This document shows, piece after piece, positions 30,353-40,263 of a DNA stretch of 64,000 bases (its first letter is position 1; each line of letters opens with the position of its first letter). The notes beneath the pieces were generated by a model, which was not told where the DNA came from, did no database searches, and worked only from the letters and a program-made list of their open reading frames with translations. The translations under genes and the position numbers were made by a program. This DNA comes from an uncultured virus (IMG/VR IMGVR_UViG_3300025887_000015) (lineage: Duplodnaviria > Heunggongvirae > Uroviricota > Caudoviricetes), in the IMG/VR virus record IMGVR_UViG_3300025887_000015, positions 1 through 64,000 of that record. The stretch is one strand, 5' to 3'.

Positions 30353-32839
30353 ATGAAATTAACTACAACGTTAAGTGAAATAATGAAAAAGGCTAAAGAA
30401 CAAGCCAAAGATTATGAAGATAATAAACTAAGACCAGAACATGTAGTTTTATCTTTTATACTTCACGAAGATAACGATATTTTAAAAATACTAAAAATAA
30501 GTAACTTTGACATGGATACATTATATGAACAGATTGATTCTCTTCTAACTAATAATGCAATTAATTCCAACAGAGCTTATTCTTCGAATACTGAATTACT
30601 ACCAAGTGACGAATGTAAGTTTATGATAAATCAAATGAAAAGGGAATCAGACCTTATGAAGGATGCTTTCATTAATGAAAAACATTTAATGTTAGCGATA
30701 TTAAAAACAAAATGTGATGCTCAAATAATATTTACTAGACTAAAACTAAATTATATAAATTTTAAAGAAATGATGGAAAAAGAAGAAAATAAAAATGAAT
30801 TTGAAGAGCCGAATAACTTTGATGATATACCTTTAAACCCTAGAAAGCAAAATCCCAAAAAAAAACGCACTGGTTCTTCAACTGAAGTTCTAGATAATTT
30901 TTGTAGAGATATTTCTAAGGCTGCCGCTGAACAAAGAATTGACCCAGTGGTTGGGAGAGGTGATGAAATCAAAAGAGTTACTTCAATTCTTGCAAGGAGA
31001 AAGAAAAATAATCCAGTATTAATAGGTGAAGCTGGTGTTGGTAAAACATCAATTGTTGAAGGACTTGCACTTTTAATTAACAGTGGTGACGCACCAAGAC
31101 CATTACTAGGAAAAAGAATATTCTCACTAGATTTGGCATCTATTGTAGCTGGTACTAAATATCGTGGCCAATTCGAAGAAAGAATGAAAGCTATTCTTGA
31201 AGAATTAACAGATAACCCAGATGTTATTTTATTCATCGATGAATTACATACCATAGTAGGTGCTGGCGGTGCCTCTGGTTCGTTAGATGCATCAAATATC
31301 TTCAAACCAGCCCTTGCAAGGGGTGAGATTCAAGTAATTGGTGCAACAACCTTCGATGAATATAGAGAAAACATCGAGAAAGATGGTGCATTAACTAGAA
31401 GATTTCAAGAAGTATTAATTAGAGAACCATCTTTAAATGAAACTAAAACAATATTGATGAACATTAAAGGTAACTACGAAAAGTACCATAAAGTTAGTTA
31501 TAATGAAGAAGTAGTTGATTTAATGATTAAATTAGCTGATAGATACATCTCTGATAGAGCAATGCCTGATAAAGCTATTGATATTCTTGATGAAACTGGT
31601 GCATTTACTAACATTGATATTAAATTACCAAAAAAAATAAAAGAAACTAAAAATAAAATTGAAAAAATTAGGTCTACCATGAAACAGGTAATCCTTCAAC
31701 AAGACTTTGAGGATGCAGCTAAACTTAAAAATGATAGAGAACGTTTAGAATATGAGTTAGAAGAAATGATGACTAAGTGGGATGGTGATAATGAAAGTAA
31801 ATTTACTGAAATTACCACTGAAATGGTAGAACGAGTAATTTCAGTAATGACTGGAATTCCATTAACTAAACTAACTTCGGTTGAAAGTAATTCACTTATG
31901 AACCTTGAAGATGATATGAAAGATTCTGTTATCGGTCAACCACAAGCAGTTGAGAAGATTTCTAAAGCTATTAGAAGAAGTAGATTAGGGATTAGAGATA
32001 AAGATAAACCGATTGGTTCATTTATCTTCTTAGGTCCAACTGGTGTTGGTAAAACATTCTTAGCCAAAGTGATTGCTGAACATGTGTTTGGTGACTCAGA
32101 AGCTCTTATTAGGGTAGATATGTCAGAATATATGGAAAAATTCTCAATGACTAAATTAATTGGAGCACCACCAGGATATGTGGGTTATGGTGAAGGTGGT
32201 AAATTAACTGAACAAGTTAGACGTAGACCTTATTCTGTGGTACTTTTAGATGAAATCGAGAAAGCTCACCCAGATATCTTCAACATTTTATTACAAATAT
32301 TAGATGAAGGTTATGTAAGTGACAGTAATGATAGAAAAATTGATTTCAAAAATACTATAATTATAATGACATCAAACATTGGTGTTAAAGAGTTAAGTAG
32401 TTTTGGTAAAGGTATTGGATATGAAACTAAAAACTCTATTGTTAATGAAGATAATCGTGCTAAATCAATTATTAAAAAAGCTTTAAAGGATAAATTTAGA
32501 CCTGAATTCTTAAATAGAATTGATGAGACTCTCATATTTAATTCTTTACATCAAGAAGATATTAATTTAATTATTAAAAATGAGATTAAAAAAGTTGAGG
32601 ATAGAATGCTAGAACTTAAATTTAAACTTCAAGTGAATAAAACAGCAATGGATTATGTCGCTAAAGAAGGTTATGATAAGGAATATGGTGCAAGACCACT
32701 TAAAAGGGCAATTCAAAAATATATCGAAGACCCGATAACGGATGAAGTAATGGATGGAAACCTAAAAGAAGGTGGTACTATTAAACTTTCTTATACTTCT
32801 AAGGATGGGATAAAGACGAAAGTCGTCAATCCGAAATAA
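30353..32839 (+). CDS. clpC: ClpC/ClpB-family AAA+ chaperone
   Basis: Clp-N repeats, Walker A motifs GEAGVGKT and GPTGVGKT, LFIDELH, UVR-like QDFEDAAKLK, RVDMSEY, GAPPGYVG, GARPL. Confidence 0.88.
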   Translation: MKLTTTLSEIMKKAKEQAKDYEDNKLRPEHVVLSFILHEDNDILKILKISNFDMDTLYEQIDSLLTNNAINSNRAYSSNTELLPSDECKFMINQMKRESDLMKDAFINEKHLMLAILKTKCDAQIIFTRLKLNYINFKEMMEKEENKNEFEEPNNFDDIPLNPRKQNPKKKRTGSSTEVLDNFCRDISKAAAEQRIDPVVGRGDEIKRVTSILARRKKNNPVLIGEAGVGKTSIVEGLALLINSGDAPRPLLGKRIFSLDLASIVAGTKYRGQFEERMKAILEELTDNPDVILFIDELHTIVGAGGASGSLDASNIFKPALARGEIQVIGATTFDEYRENIEKDGALTRRFQEVLIREPSLNETKTILMNIKGNYEKYHKVSYNEEVVDLMIKLADRYISDRAMPDKAIDILDETGAFTNIDIKLPKKIKETKNKIEKIRSTMKQVILQQDFEDAAKLKNDRERLEYELEEMMTKWDGDNESKFTEITTEMVERVISVMTGIPLTKLTSVESNSLMNLEDDMKDSVIGQPQAVEKISKAIRRSRLGIRDKDKPIGSFIFLGPTGVGKTFLAKVIAEHVFGDSEALIRVDMSEYMEKFSMTKLIGAPPGYVGYGEGGKLTEQVRRRPYSVVLLDEIEKAHPDIFNILLQILDEGYVSDSNDRKIDFKNTIIIMTSNIGVKELSSFGKGIGYETKNSIVNEDNRAKSIIKKALKDKFRPEFLNRIDETLIFNSLHQEDINLIIKNEIKKVEDRMLELKFKLQVNKTAMDYVAKEGYDKEYGARPLKRAIQKYIEDPITDEVMDGNLKEGGTIKLSYTSKDGIKTKVVNPK

Positions 32840-32849
32840 AAAAAATCTT

Positions 32850-32876
32850 AAAAGCACCTAATTTTAGGTGCTTTTT
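32850..32876. terminator. Intrinsic terminator
   Basis: AAAAGCACCTA-ATTT-TAGGTGCTTTTT. Confidence 0.75.
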
Positions 32877-32915
32877 CTATATTTATAATATATAGAACAG
32901 ATAAGATTTAAAAAT

Positions 32916-33326
32916 ATGTCAAACCTAACACCAAAACAACATATATTAATAGAAGAATTTAAGGATGACCTTGAGTTTTATAAAGATGAACTTGAAGCGC
33001 AAATTGGCAATCAAAAAATACAAATGATTGTTGGCGGTGTATTGGCTATTTTAATGGCTGGTATCATTATAATAAAACCTGATTTTCTTACTGAATTAGA
33101 AAACATGTCAGAGTCTATTAATAGGCTTGCTACTATTGTTGGTGAAACATTACCTGTTGCATTTATAACAAAATCCTTCAATCATTCTAAAACAACCAAA
33201 AAGAAATTACAAGGGTTGAGAATTTTTGATAAATCAATAAAAAGAATGGAACATGCAATTGTTCCTAATTCAGAAACCGATATAATAGACCTTGAAGAGG
33301 AATTAGCTATTTATATTAATACTTAA
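32916..33326 (+). CDS. Membrane protein
   Basis: TM segment MIVGGVLAILMAGIIII; late motif at 32880. Confidence 0.55.
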   Translation: MSNLTPKQHILIEEFKDDLEFYKDELEAQIGNQKIQMIVGGVLAILMAGIIIIKPDFLTELENMSESINRLATIVGETLPVAFITKSFNHSKTTKKKLQGLRIFDKSIKRMEHAIVPNSETDIIDLEEELAIYINT

Positions 33327-33334
33327 AAGTTATT

Positions 33335-34039
33335 ATGAGCGATATTAAAGAATTAATTAGAGAAAATAATAGAAATGCTAAAAAAAGTAGAATGATAAAT
33401 AATATCTTATGGGGTATTGTATCAATACTAGTTGCCGTTTCATTTTACGCATCATTTAATGCCTTAGCAGCTAAAGCTGAAGCTGTACAAGAAAAAGAAG
33501 CTAAGGAATTGGCTTTGGTTGAGAAACAAATTTCATTAGTATTAGCTGATAGCCTTAGAATAGTTGCCGAAGGTCTTGTTGATGATTTAAAAATCTCAGA
33601 AGAAAACCTTCAAGGTGAAAAAAATAAATTAGAATTATTTAAAACCAAATACGACTCAATTAGACAAATAACTCTTAATCAAACTGATGACCTTTGGGAA
33701 TATGCCATGAGAGAAAATACTATTGAATCATACACTGATTATGTTAAAATTAAAGGTATGAGTGATAATGTGGTGGATAAAATAAAAAGTTTATTACAAA
33801 ATACTGGGTATGTACAAATTGAAGAATCAAATGGTAATATGTTAATATCACCAATCAGTAGAGAATTCGGACTTTGGAAAGGTAATTCAGCACGTAGTAT
33901 TAGAAATGGTGTTATCGGAAATAGCGCATACAATAATCAAACACGTAACGGTGATGTTATATTAAAAGAACAACCATTTGTTATTCTAGAAGATAGTATT
34001 ATGAGTGGTAGAGCAAGATGGGCTAAAATAGCATATTAA
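33335..34039 (+). CDS. Membrane-anchored coiled-coil protein
   Basis: N-terminal TM then coiled coil. Confidence 0.55.
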   Translation: MSDIKELIRENNRNAKKSRMINNILWGIVSILVAVSFYASFNALAAKAEAVQEKEAKELALVEKQISLVLADSLRIVAEGLVDDLKISEENLQGEKNKLELFKTKYDSIRQITLNQTDDLWEYAMRENTIESYTDYVKIKGMSDNVVDKIKSLLQNTGYVQIEESNGNMLISPISREFGLWKGNSARSIRNGVIGNSAYNNQTRNGDVILKEQPFVILEDSIMSGRARWAKIAY

Positions 34040-34041
34040 AA

Positions 34042-35448
34042 ATGAGTAGTGTTTGGTATCATGGAACACCCGATGTAAGGGAGTTGGAAAAAGAAGGTGG
34101 TTTCACAGCTAGAAATATTTCTGTTGATTATATTAATGATTTAGATGGATATTATGATATTCAAACTAAATTAAAACAAAGTAGGGAAGCTGGGGACGAT
34201 AAGGCTTATTGGAAGTATTTGGATATTATGTCTAAGTTCAAAGCTAAATTTGACATGAGAAAACCAATCTTCCTATCCAATATTAATTCTGTAGCTAGAA
34301 CATATGCTGATGATAGAAGGGCTTTTGATTACCAAAATACAAAACCAAAATTATTAAAGGTTAATGTTGCTGATGGTAATGTAGTTACAATTGTAGCAAC
34401 TGGTGATAGATTTAGATTTATTAGTACTGATAAGGTTAGACGTGGTTTTATAAACTCAGGTATTTCTCAAAATGATATTGATGAAGCAATTAAAAAATTT
34501 GCATACTACCAAAAGTCTGACAGTGGTCTTAAAACTGATGTGGTTGCAGTTCTGGGTGAATGGTTTGGATTTGATTATGTGGATGTAGTAGGAGTCTTGG
34601 ATTCTTATGAAGGTGGCTCAATAAAATCAACAGTTAGAATGGTATTCGACCCAAAAAATATAAAAGTATTAAATATGAATGAGAATAATAAAAATTTAGA
34701 CGAATCATTTGAAGAATATTCAAATGATGCTTTAACTGATATGATTGTTAATTTATCAAGATATGAAGGGAATGAAGAATCCATTCAAAGAGTTAAAAAA
34801 GAATTAAATAGGCGTAAAGGCATTTCTGAAAGTGATAAAAAATATGGTAGCAAAGTTTTTGACCCTAAAAGTGATAAAATACCAGGTGGTTTAGCTGACA
34901 CTAAATCAGTTGAAGATATTGCTAAGAAACATGACGTTTCAATTGATGTAATCAATAAAGCAATAACAAAGGGTGTTAAGGTTGAATTAGAACATACATC
35001 TGATAAGGATGTTGCTTATGAAATAGCTAAAGACCATATTTTTGAGAACCCTAAATATTATGAAGGATTGGCTAAAATGGAAAAGAGTTTAGATGAAACT
35101 AAATTAATCATAAAAAAACTTATTAAAGAAAAGGTGGATTTAATGATAACTGATGAAACACCTGACACAATTTCTATATTAGTTGAGTTTAATGATAGAA
35201 ATGCTGGTATTATCGTGGTAACATCTTCACCTAAAGATGATAAAGTACTGGAACTTGTAGATATGAAATTCAAAGAAGGATATGAAGAACTACATATAAT
35301 GAAAGAAGCTTTAAATGGTTTATGGCAACTATTCAATGAAATAAACTCAATTATCGTGGCCCCAAAACCAGAATCAATCGAATTCTGGAACAAGATGGGT
35401 TTCCAAAGAATCTCCCCCAATTATTTAATTTCAAATAGAGGACATTAA
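34042..35448 (+). CDS. Multidomain protein: ADP-ribosyltransferase-like N-terminus, DUF5661-like middle, GNAT-like C-terminus
   Basis: WYHGT...IFLS....ARTYA...MVFDPKNIK; IPGGLAD...KGVKVELEH...AYEIAKDH..ENPKYY..L..ME; SIEFWNKMGF. Confidence 0.55.
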   Translation: MSSVWYHGTPDVRELEKEGGFTARNISVDYINDLDGYYDIQTKLKQSREAGDDKAYWKYLDIMSKFKAKFDMRKPIFLSNINSVARTYADDRRAFDYQNTKPKLLKVNVADGNVVTIVATGDRFRFISTDKVRRGFINSGISQNDIDEAIKKFAYYQKSDSGLKTDVVAVLGEWFGFDYVDVVGVLDSYEGGSIKSTVRMVFDPKNIKVLNMNENNKNLDESFEEYSNDALTDMIVNLSRYEGNEESIQRVKKELNRRKGISESDKKYGSKVFDPKSDKIPGGLADTKSVEDIAKKHDVSIDVINKAITKGVKVELEHTSDKDVAYEIAKDHIFENPKYYEGLAKMEKSLDETKLIIKKLIKEKVDLMITDETPDTISILVEFNDRNAGIIVVTSSPKDDKVLELVDMKFKEGYEELHIMKEALNGLWQLFNEINSIIVAPKPESIEFWNKMGFQRISPNYLISNRGH

Positions 35449-35497
35449 AACTTGTTTTTTTAAATTATTTTCTGTATGTTTGTTCTAAATATAATTA

Positions 35498-35680
35498 ATG
35501 GACAGAGATAAAGTATTTGTAGAACTTATTAAAGGGTTATTATCTAACCCTAGTTTGGTTAAGGATAAGTATGTTTTAAATTATGATAGCTCAAGAAACA
35601 GTATTATTGATATGGCTAAAGCTATGACTAATTTAGCAATGGTAGCAATAAGAGAAATTAAAGACGAAGACGAAATATGA
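35498..35680 (+). CDS. Hypothetical protein
   Basis: 60 aa after a CTTG...TATGTTTG promoter. Confidence 0.5.
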   Translation: MDRDKVFVELIKGLLSNPSLVKDKYVLNYDSSRNSIIDMAKAMTNLAMVAIREIKDEDEI

Positions 35681-36159
35681 AAAATTTACCAAAAGGAATG
35701 ATTGCCGATAGAGATAATAACGTTTACTACGATACAGAAAAAAGTAGATTTTATATTATTGCTTGGGAAGATGGTGGTAATAACGACATAGCAGTAAGAC
35801 ATTATATAAAATAATATGAATAAAACAACAATAGAAATTACTTTAGATTGGTATCAAACTTTAAAACGTAAGAATAATTCTAAAATTAAACTTACTGAAT
35901 ATCAAGATGGTGTACCATCAAAAATGAAATACATTAGAGGGTAAGTCAAGATTTAACCCAAAAACAAAATGAAAATTAAAGAAGAAATAGAAATTGAGTT
36001 AACCCCCCAAAGAAGCTGAAAAAATCATTATAAAACATTTTAGTGATAAGTATAATATTGAAAATGTATACTTCAATGTAAGTACTGTTTATTATGGTTA
36101 TGACGATTATGGAAGTTCTGAAGTAACATATGTTAAATGTGTAGGTAAAAAAAAATAAA

Positions 36160-36372
36160 ATGACAACAACAGAAATTAAAAAAGCTTTATACAAGCAAAA
36201 ACCAATAGCAAATTTAACTATGATTAGAGTTGGAGTTGCTTATTATACAACTATGTTAGATGATGGTGCGATAGTAACATTTGAAATACCAATATCTGAT
36301 ATGGGTTCAACAGATTTCTTTCCAACTATGGAAGGGAAGTTATTAAATAGATGGATTGTAAATGAAGATTAA
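36160..36372 (+). CDS. Hypothetical protein
   Basis: 70 aa with an A-rich leader. Confidence 0.55.
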   Translation: MTTTEIKKALYKQKPIANLTMIRVGVAYYTTMLDDGAIVTFEIPISDMGSTDFFPTMEGKLLNRWIVNED

Positions 36373-36802
36373 AACGCTATTATGGCTCGATGATTATCGT
36401 AGTCCAAAATATAATTCTTTCTTAGATAAATTCTGCCCTGAATTTGTTGCCGATAGAATGAATATGGATGTAGTAATTTGGGTTAAAACCTTTGAAGAAT
36501 TCGAACAATGGATAATTCACAACGGATTACCACATAAGATTTCGTTTGACCATGACTTAGCCGATGAACACTACGCTCCAGAAGAGAGATATGGTGATTA
36601 TAATGATTGGTCCAAAGAACAAGACTTCCAAGAGAAAACTGGAATGGATGCGGCCAAATGGTTAGTTGATTATTGTTTAGATTATAATAAAGAATTACCA
36701 CTGTGGTCAGTACATAGTGCTAATCCATCTGGTGCTGAAAATATAATCAAATTATTATTGAATTTTATGAAACATCAAGATAAATTTTTAGAAGAAGAAT
36801 GA
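36362..36802 (+). CDS. Cyclic-phosphate-processing receiver (cREC-like) domain protein
   Basis: LWLDDYR, ISFDHDL, TGMDAAKWL, VHSANPSG. Confidence 0.75.
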   Translation: MKIKTLLWLDDYRSPKYNSFLDKFCPEFVADRMNMDVVIWVKTFEEFEQWIIHNGLPHKISFDHDLADEHYAPEERYGDYNDWSKEQDFQEKTGMDAAKWLVDYCLDYNKELPLWSVHSANPSGAENIIKLLLNFMKHQDKFLEEE

Positions 36803-37137
36803 TATTTTACTTAAGAGATAAAGACAATAAAACATTATTTGAAGTTGAAGTATGGGTAAAGACAGAATATGAACCCAACTTAAAATACAGCTATGTTGAA
36901 TTACAACCTAGTGTTAACATTTCTAACTATTCAAATTTTTTACTTAGTAACCCTAAGAAACAGAAAAAAATTATTAGTGATTTTGATAACCTTAGTGAAC
37001 TTAGAGGTTGGTTATGGGAAAGATTTTTCATGACTGGTAAAAACGATGGAACACAAATCGATGATATAATTGATAAAGTAAAAGTTATTCTAGGGAAAGT
37101 CGTTAGAGATTATAATTTAGTTTTAATAGCAGATTAA
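36799..37137 (+). CDS. Hypothetical protein
   Basis: 112 aa, ATGA overlap. Confidence 0.5.
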   Translation: MIFYLRDKDNKTLFEVEVWVKTEYEPNLKYSYVELQPSVNISNYSNFLLSNPKKQKKIISDFDNLSELRGWLWERFFMTGKNDGTQIDDIIDKVKVILGKVVRDYNLVLIAD

Positions 37138-37138
37138 T

Positions 37139-37552
37139 ATGTTAACGCAAGAAATTCTTAAAGAACTAGAATTAATCAATTACGATTTCAACGATAAATG
37201 TGATGACCTATATGGATTTAAATATGAAACCAATGGGTATTATGAAGCTATTCTATTTGGTGAACATGTTTTATGGGATGGTGAAGATTTACGTGAAAAT
37301 GAAGATGAAACTGTTATAGAGTGTGTTAAAAGACGTTTCAATGATTTTTTGGATGAGATAAATCAATGTAGATATCTAGATGTTCCACCATCTGATAGAA
37401 AATCAAACAAAGATATTTATCATGCCTTCGATGAAATTGTTAGCGATTTAACTGATAGAAGTGGTTTTGATGATGTTTGGAACAATTTGGATAGTGATAC
37501 CTACCAAGAAATTATGGATAAATGGTTTAACATACTTAAAAAATTTATATAA
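37139..37552 (+). CDS. Hypothetical protein
   Basis: 137 aa. Confidence 0.5.
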   Translation: MLTQEILKELELINYDFNDKCDDLYGFKYETNGYYEAILFGEHVLWDGEDLRENEDETVIECVKRRFNDFLDEINQCRYLDVPPSDRKSNKDIYHAFDEIVSDLTDRSGFDDVWNNLDSDTYQEIMDKWFNILKKFI

Positions 37553-37682
37553 TGGACATTAAAAAAGATATAGAATTTTTAGAACAAATATATATGGTAA
37601 ATGAAGATTACCCTGAAACTAATCCATGGAGAAAAACTGTGCCTCTTAAATTAGTTTTAGCTATTCTTGAAAAATATAAATA

Positions 37683-37955
37683 ATGAATGGTTTTGAAGCA
37701 TACGCACCAAATAAAGAGCCAGCACCTGATGATTTATTAGAAGAATCGATTGAATCTAAAGGACTATATGGAGATTGTCCTAAATGTAGAGAACCCTTCA
37801 ATGATTCTGATGTTTACATAGTAAATAATTCTAAGTGGCCAAGATATTATAATTGGAAATTATTTCAATCGGATTGGGGTGATACTTACACATGGACCGA
37901 GTTTCATAGATGTAATAGGTGTGCAACAATATTTAGATTTGAAGGAGGAAATTAA
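37683..37955 (+). CDS. Zinc-finger-like small protein
   Basis: CPKC...CNRC. Confidence 0.5.
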   Translation: MNGFEAYAPNKEPAPDDLLEESIESKGLYGDCPKCREPFNDSDVYIVNNSKWPRYYNWKLFQSDWGDTYTWTEFHRCNRCATIFRFEGGN

Positions 37956-38728
37956 CTTCTCTTTGGATAAGGTTTAATCATATGCTCAATCTGTTTCTTC
38001 AAGAATCTCTTATTATTCTTACTACCTAAAAAATAAAAGTATCTATGTTTATTAAATTGTGGTATGAATTCGGCATCTGGGAAGTGTTTTAAAATCTCTT
38101 CCTTTCTCTGACTACCAATTTTAGTTCTCATAGCTCTAGGGCCATAAATCTTACCATTAATTCTAACACCAAACCTATCTCTTGGATTCTTATTCTTTAT
38201 CTTTGGATTATTCTCACGCATACTACCAATGTATGTGAAATTACAAGCCTGATATATGGTACCAATTTCACCAGCTGCTTGGTCAATTGTAGCGGTTATC
38301 ACATCATATTCCTTTGGAAGTTGCTTTATACTTTCCATAATTAACTTACTGCCAGAATGTGGATGTGCCCAATGAACACAAACACCTCTACTCAATAAAA
38401 GCATACGTCCAGTATAATAATATTTATCCCAATGACCTAAATTTTCAATGTAATCAGTACCAAATACTGTAACACCAGCGCAAACATCGTCATAGAAGAT
38501 GCCAAACTGGTATTTGCTGAACGCTGGCATACAACCTAACCATTCATATTCCTCAACAATTTTCTTCGCTAAGGAACGCTCTATTGGTTTCACCACTGCA
38601 TTTGAAATATCCCTGTTGATGGATTCCCAAATTGGTATTTCCCCAGATTGTTTTTCTTCTAGTTCTTTTTGTTCCCTAATAACTCTTTGATGTGCCTTCC
38701 CTACAGGTAGAATAATTTTATCTTTCAT
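37952..38728 (-). CDS. Mom-like (GNAT-fold) DNA adenine modification protein
   Basis: LLLSRG, SKLI..SIK.L, D...GEIGTIYQACNF.YIG, KHRY.Y, terminal PYPK are typical of Mu Mom-family proteins. Confidence 0.7.
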   Translation of the reverse strand: MKDKIILPVGKAHQRVIREQKELEEKQSGEIPIWESINRDISNAVVKPIERSLAKKIVEEYEWLGCMPAFSKYQFGIFYDDVCAGVTVFGTDYIENLGHWDKYYYTGRMLLLSRGVCVHWAHPHSGSKLIMESIKQLPKEYDVITATIDQAAGEIGTIYQACNFTYIGSMRENNPKIKNKNPRDRFGVRINGKIYGPRAMRTKIGSQRKEEILKHFPDAEFIPQFNKHRYFYFLGSKNNKRFLKKQIEHMIKPYPKRS

Positions 38729-38811
38729 GAAAAAAAGATAAAACAATTTTAAAATAAGTAAATAAAAAAAACCATCTGAAGAGACGGTTTTAATTATTAT
38801 AATCTATTAGA

Positions 38812-39024
38812 TTATATTTTTTTAATACTGTTGATTTTAGCTCCCTTAGCTTGTAAAGCTCTTAACTGAGATTCAGTTACTCTTTTCTTAATAGGTTTAG
38901 AAACTTTTTTGGTTTCAGCTGGAACTAAATTTCTTTCGACTATAGTTGCTTCAACAATATCGTTAATCATATCAACAAGTTTTGACTCGTTAATTTTAAT
39001 TACTTTTGTGTTTTTATCTGTCAT
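38812..39024 (-). CDS. Small basic late protein
   Basis: KVIKINESKL / RVTESQL motifs; ATATTTAT upstream. Confidence 0.55.
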   Translation of the reverse strand: MTDKNTKVIKINESKLVDMINDIVEATIVERNLVPAETKKVSKPIKKRVTESQLRALQAKGAKINSIKKI

Positions 39025-39087
39025 GACATTAGTATTTTAATATAAATATCTATAAATAATATAAAATACAACATTTATTTCATTTTT

Positions 39088-39378
39088 TTAACCATTACCA
39101 TAACCATTACCACCACCATCACCATTACCAGAACCATCACCATTACCATAACCATAACCATAACCATAACCATCACCCCAACCATTACCACCATTACCAT
39201 CACCATTACCATAACCAGAACCATTACCATAACCATAACCAGAACCTCTACCATAACCTCTACCATAACCATAACCACCAGAACCAGAACCAGAACCATC
39301 ACCAGAACCAGAACTAACACCATTACCATAACCATAACCATAACCAGAACCATTACCTCTTGAAATCTTTATATTCAT
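39088..39378 (-). CDS. Gly-X repeat micro-protein 5 (96 aa)
   Basis: MNIKISRG leader plus (GX)n with GWGDG. Confidence 0.7.
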   Translation of the reverse strand: MNIKISRGNGSGYGYGYGNGVSSGSGDGSGSGSGGYGYGRGYGRGSGYGYGNGSGYGNGDGNGGNGWGDGYGYGYGYGNGDGSGNGDGGGNGYGNG

Positions 39379-39390
39379 ATGTTTTATTTT

Positions 39391-39645
39391 TTAACCATTA
39401 CCATCACCATAACCTCTACCATCACCATTACCATAACCACCAACACCTCTACCCCAACCAGTACCAGAACCAGAACCATTACCATTACCAGAACCATCAC
39501 CATAACCAGAACCTCTACCATAACCATAACCACAAGAACCAAAACCATTACCATCACCCCAACCAGAACCAGAACCATCACCAGAACCAGCACCATAACC
39601 ATAACCAGAACCATTACCATTACCTCTTGAAATCTTTATATTCAT
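39391..39645 (-). CDS. Gly-X repeat micro-protein 4 (84 aa)
   Basis: MNIKISRG leader plus (GX)n with GWGDG. Confidence 0.7.
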   Translation of the reverse strand: MNIKISRGNGNGSGYGYGAGSGDGSGSGWGDGNGFGSCGYGYGRGSGYGDGSGNGNGSGSGTGWGRGVGGYGNGDGRGYGDGNG

Positions 39646-39657
39646 ATGTTTTATTTT

Positions 39658-39912
39658 TTAACCTATACCAGAACCATTACCAGAACCATCACCAGAACCA
39701 TTACCATCACCAGAACCTCTACCATAACCATTACCATTACCATTACCATCACCCCAACCAGAACCAGAACCATCACCAGAACCAGAACCATTACCATTAC
39801 CATAACCATAACCATAACCACCATAACCATTACCAGAACCATCACCATCACCATCACCCCAACCATTACCACCATCACCATTACCCTCACCTCTTGAAAT
39901 CTTTATATTCAT
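39658..39912 (-). CDS. Gly-X repeat micro-protein 3 (84 aa)
   Basis: MNIKISRG leader plus (GX)n with two GWGDG. Confidence 0.7.
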   Translation of the reverse strand: MNIKISRGEGNGDGGNGWGDGDGDGSGNGYGGYGYGYGNGNGSGSGDGSGSGWGDGNGNGNGYGRGSGDGNGSGDGSGNGSGIG

Positions 39913-39924
39913 ATGTTTTATTTT

Positions 39925-40044
39925 TTAACCATTACCATCACCATAACCATAACCACAAGAACCATCACCCCAACCAGTACCAGTACCAGAACCAGAACCA
40001 TAACCAGAACCTCTACCATAACCTCTTGAAATCTTTATATTCAT
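39925..40044 (-). CDS. Gly-X repeat micro-protein 2 (39 aa, missed by ORF track)
   Basis: MNIKISRGYGRGSGYGSGSGTGTGWGDGSCGYGYGDGNG*. Confidence 0.7.
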   Translation of the reverse strand: MNIKISRGYGRGSGYGSGSGTGTGWGDGSCGYGYGDGNG

Positions 40045-40056
40045 ATGTTTTATTTT

Positions 40057-40263
40057 TTAACCTATACCATAACCATAACCTCTACCATTACCAGAACCTC
40101 TACCATTACCATAACCATCACCCCAACCATTACCATTACCATTACCACAACCATAACCAGAACCAGAAGCAGTACCAGAACCATTACCATAACCAGAACC
40201 ATTACCTCTACCAGAACCATAACCAGAACCACAAGCAGTACCCTTTGAAATCTTTATATTCAT
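40057..40263 (-). CDS. Gly-X repeat micro-protein 1 (68 aa)
   Basis: MNIKISKG leader; TATATTTG promoter box just upstream (minus strand, about 40282-40289). Confidence 0.7.
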   Translation of the reverse strand: MNIKISKGTACGSGYGSGRGNGSGYGNGSGTASGSGYGCGNGNGNGWGDGYGNGRGSGNGRGYGYGIG

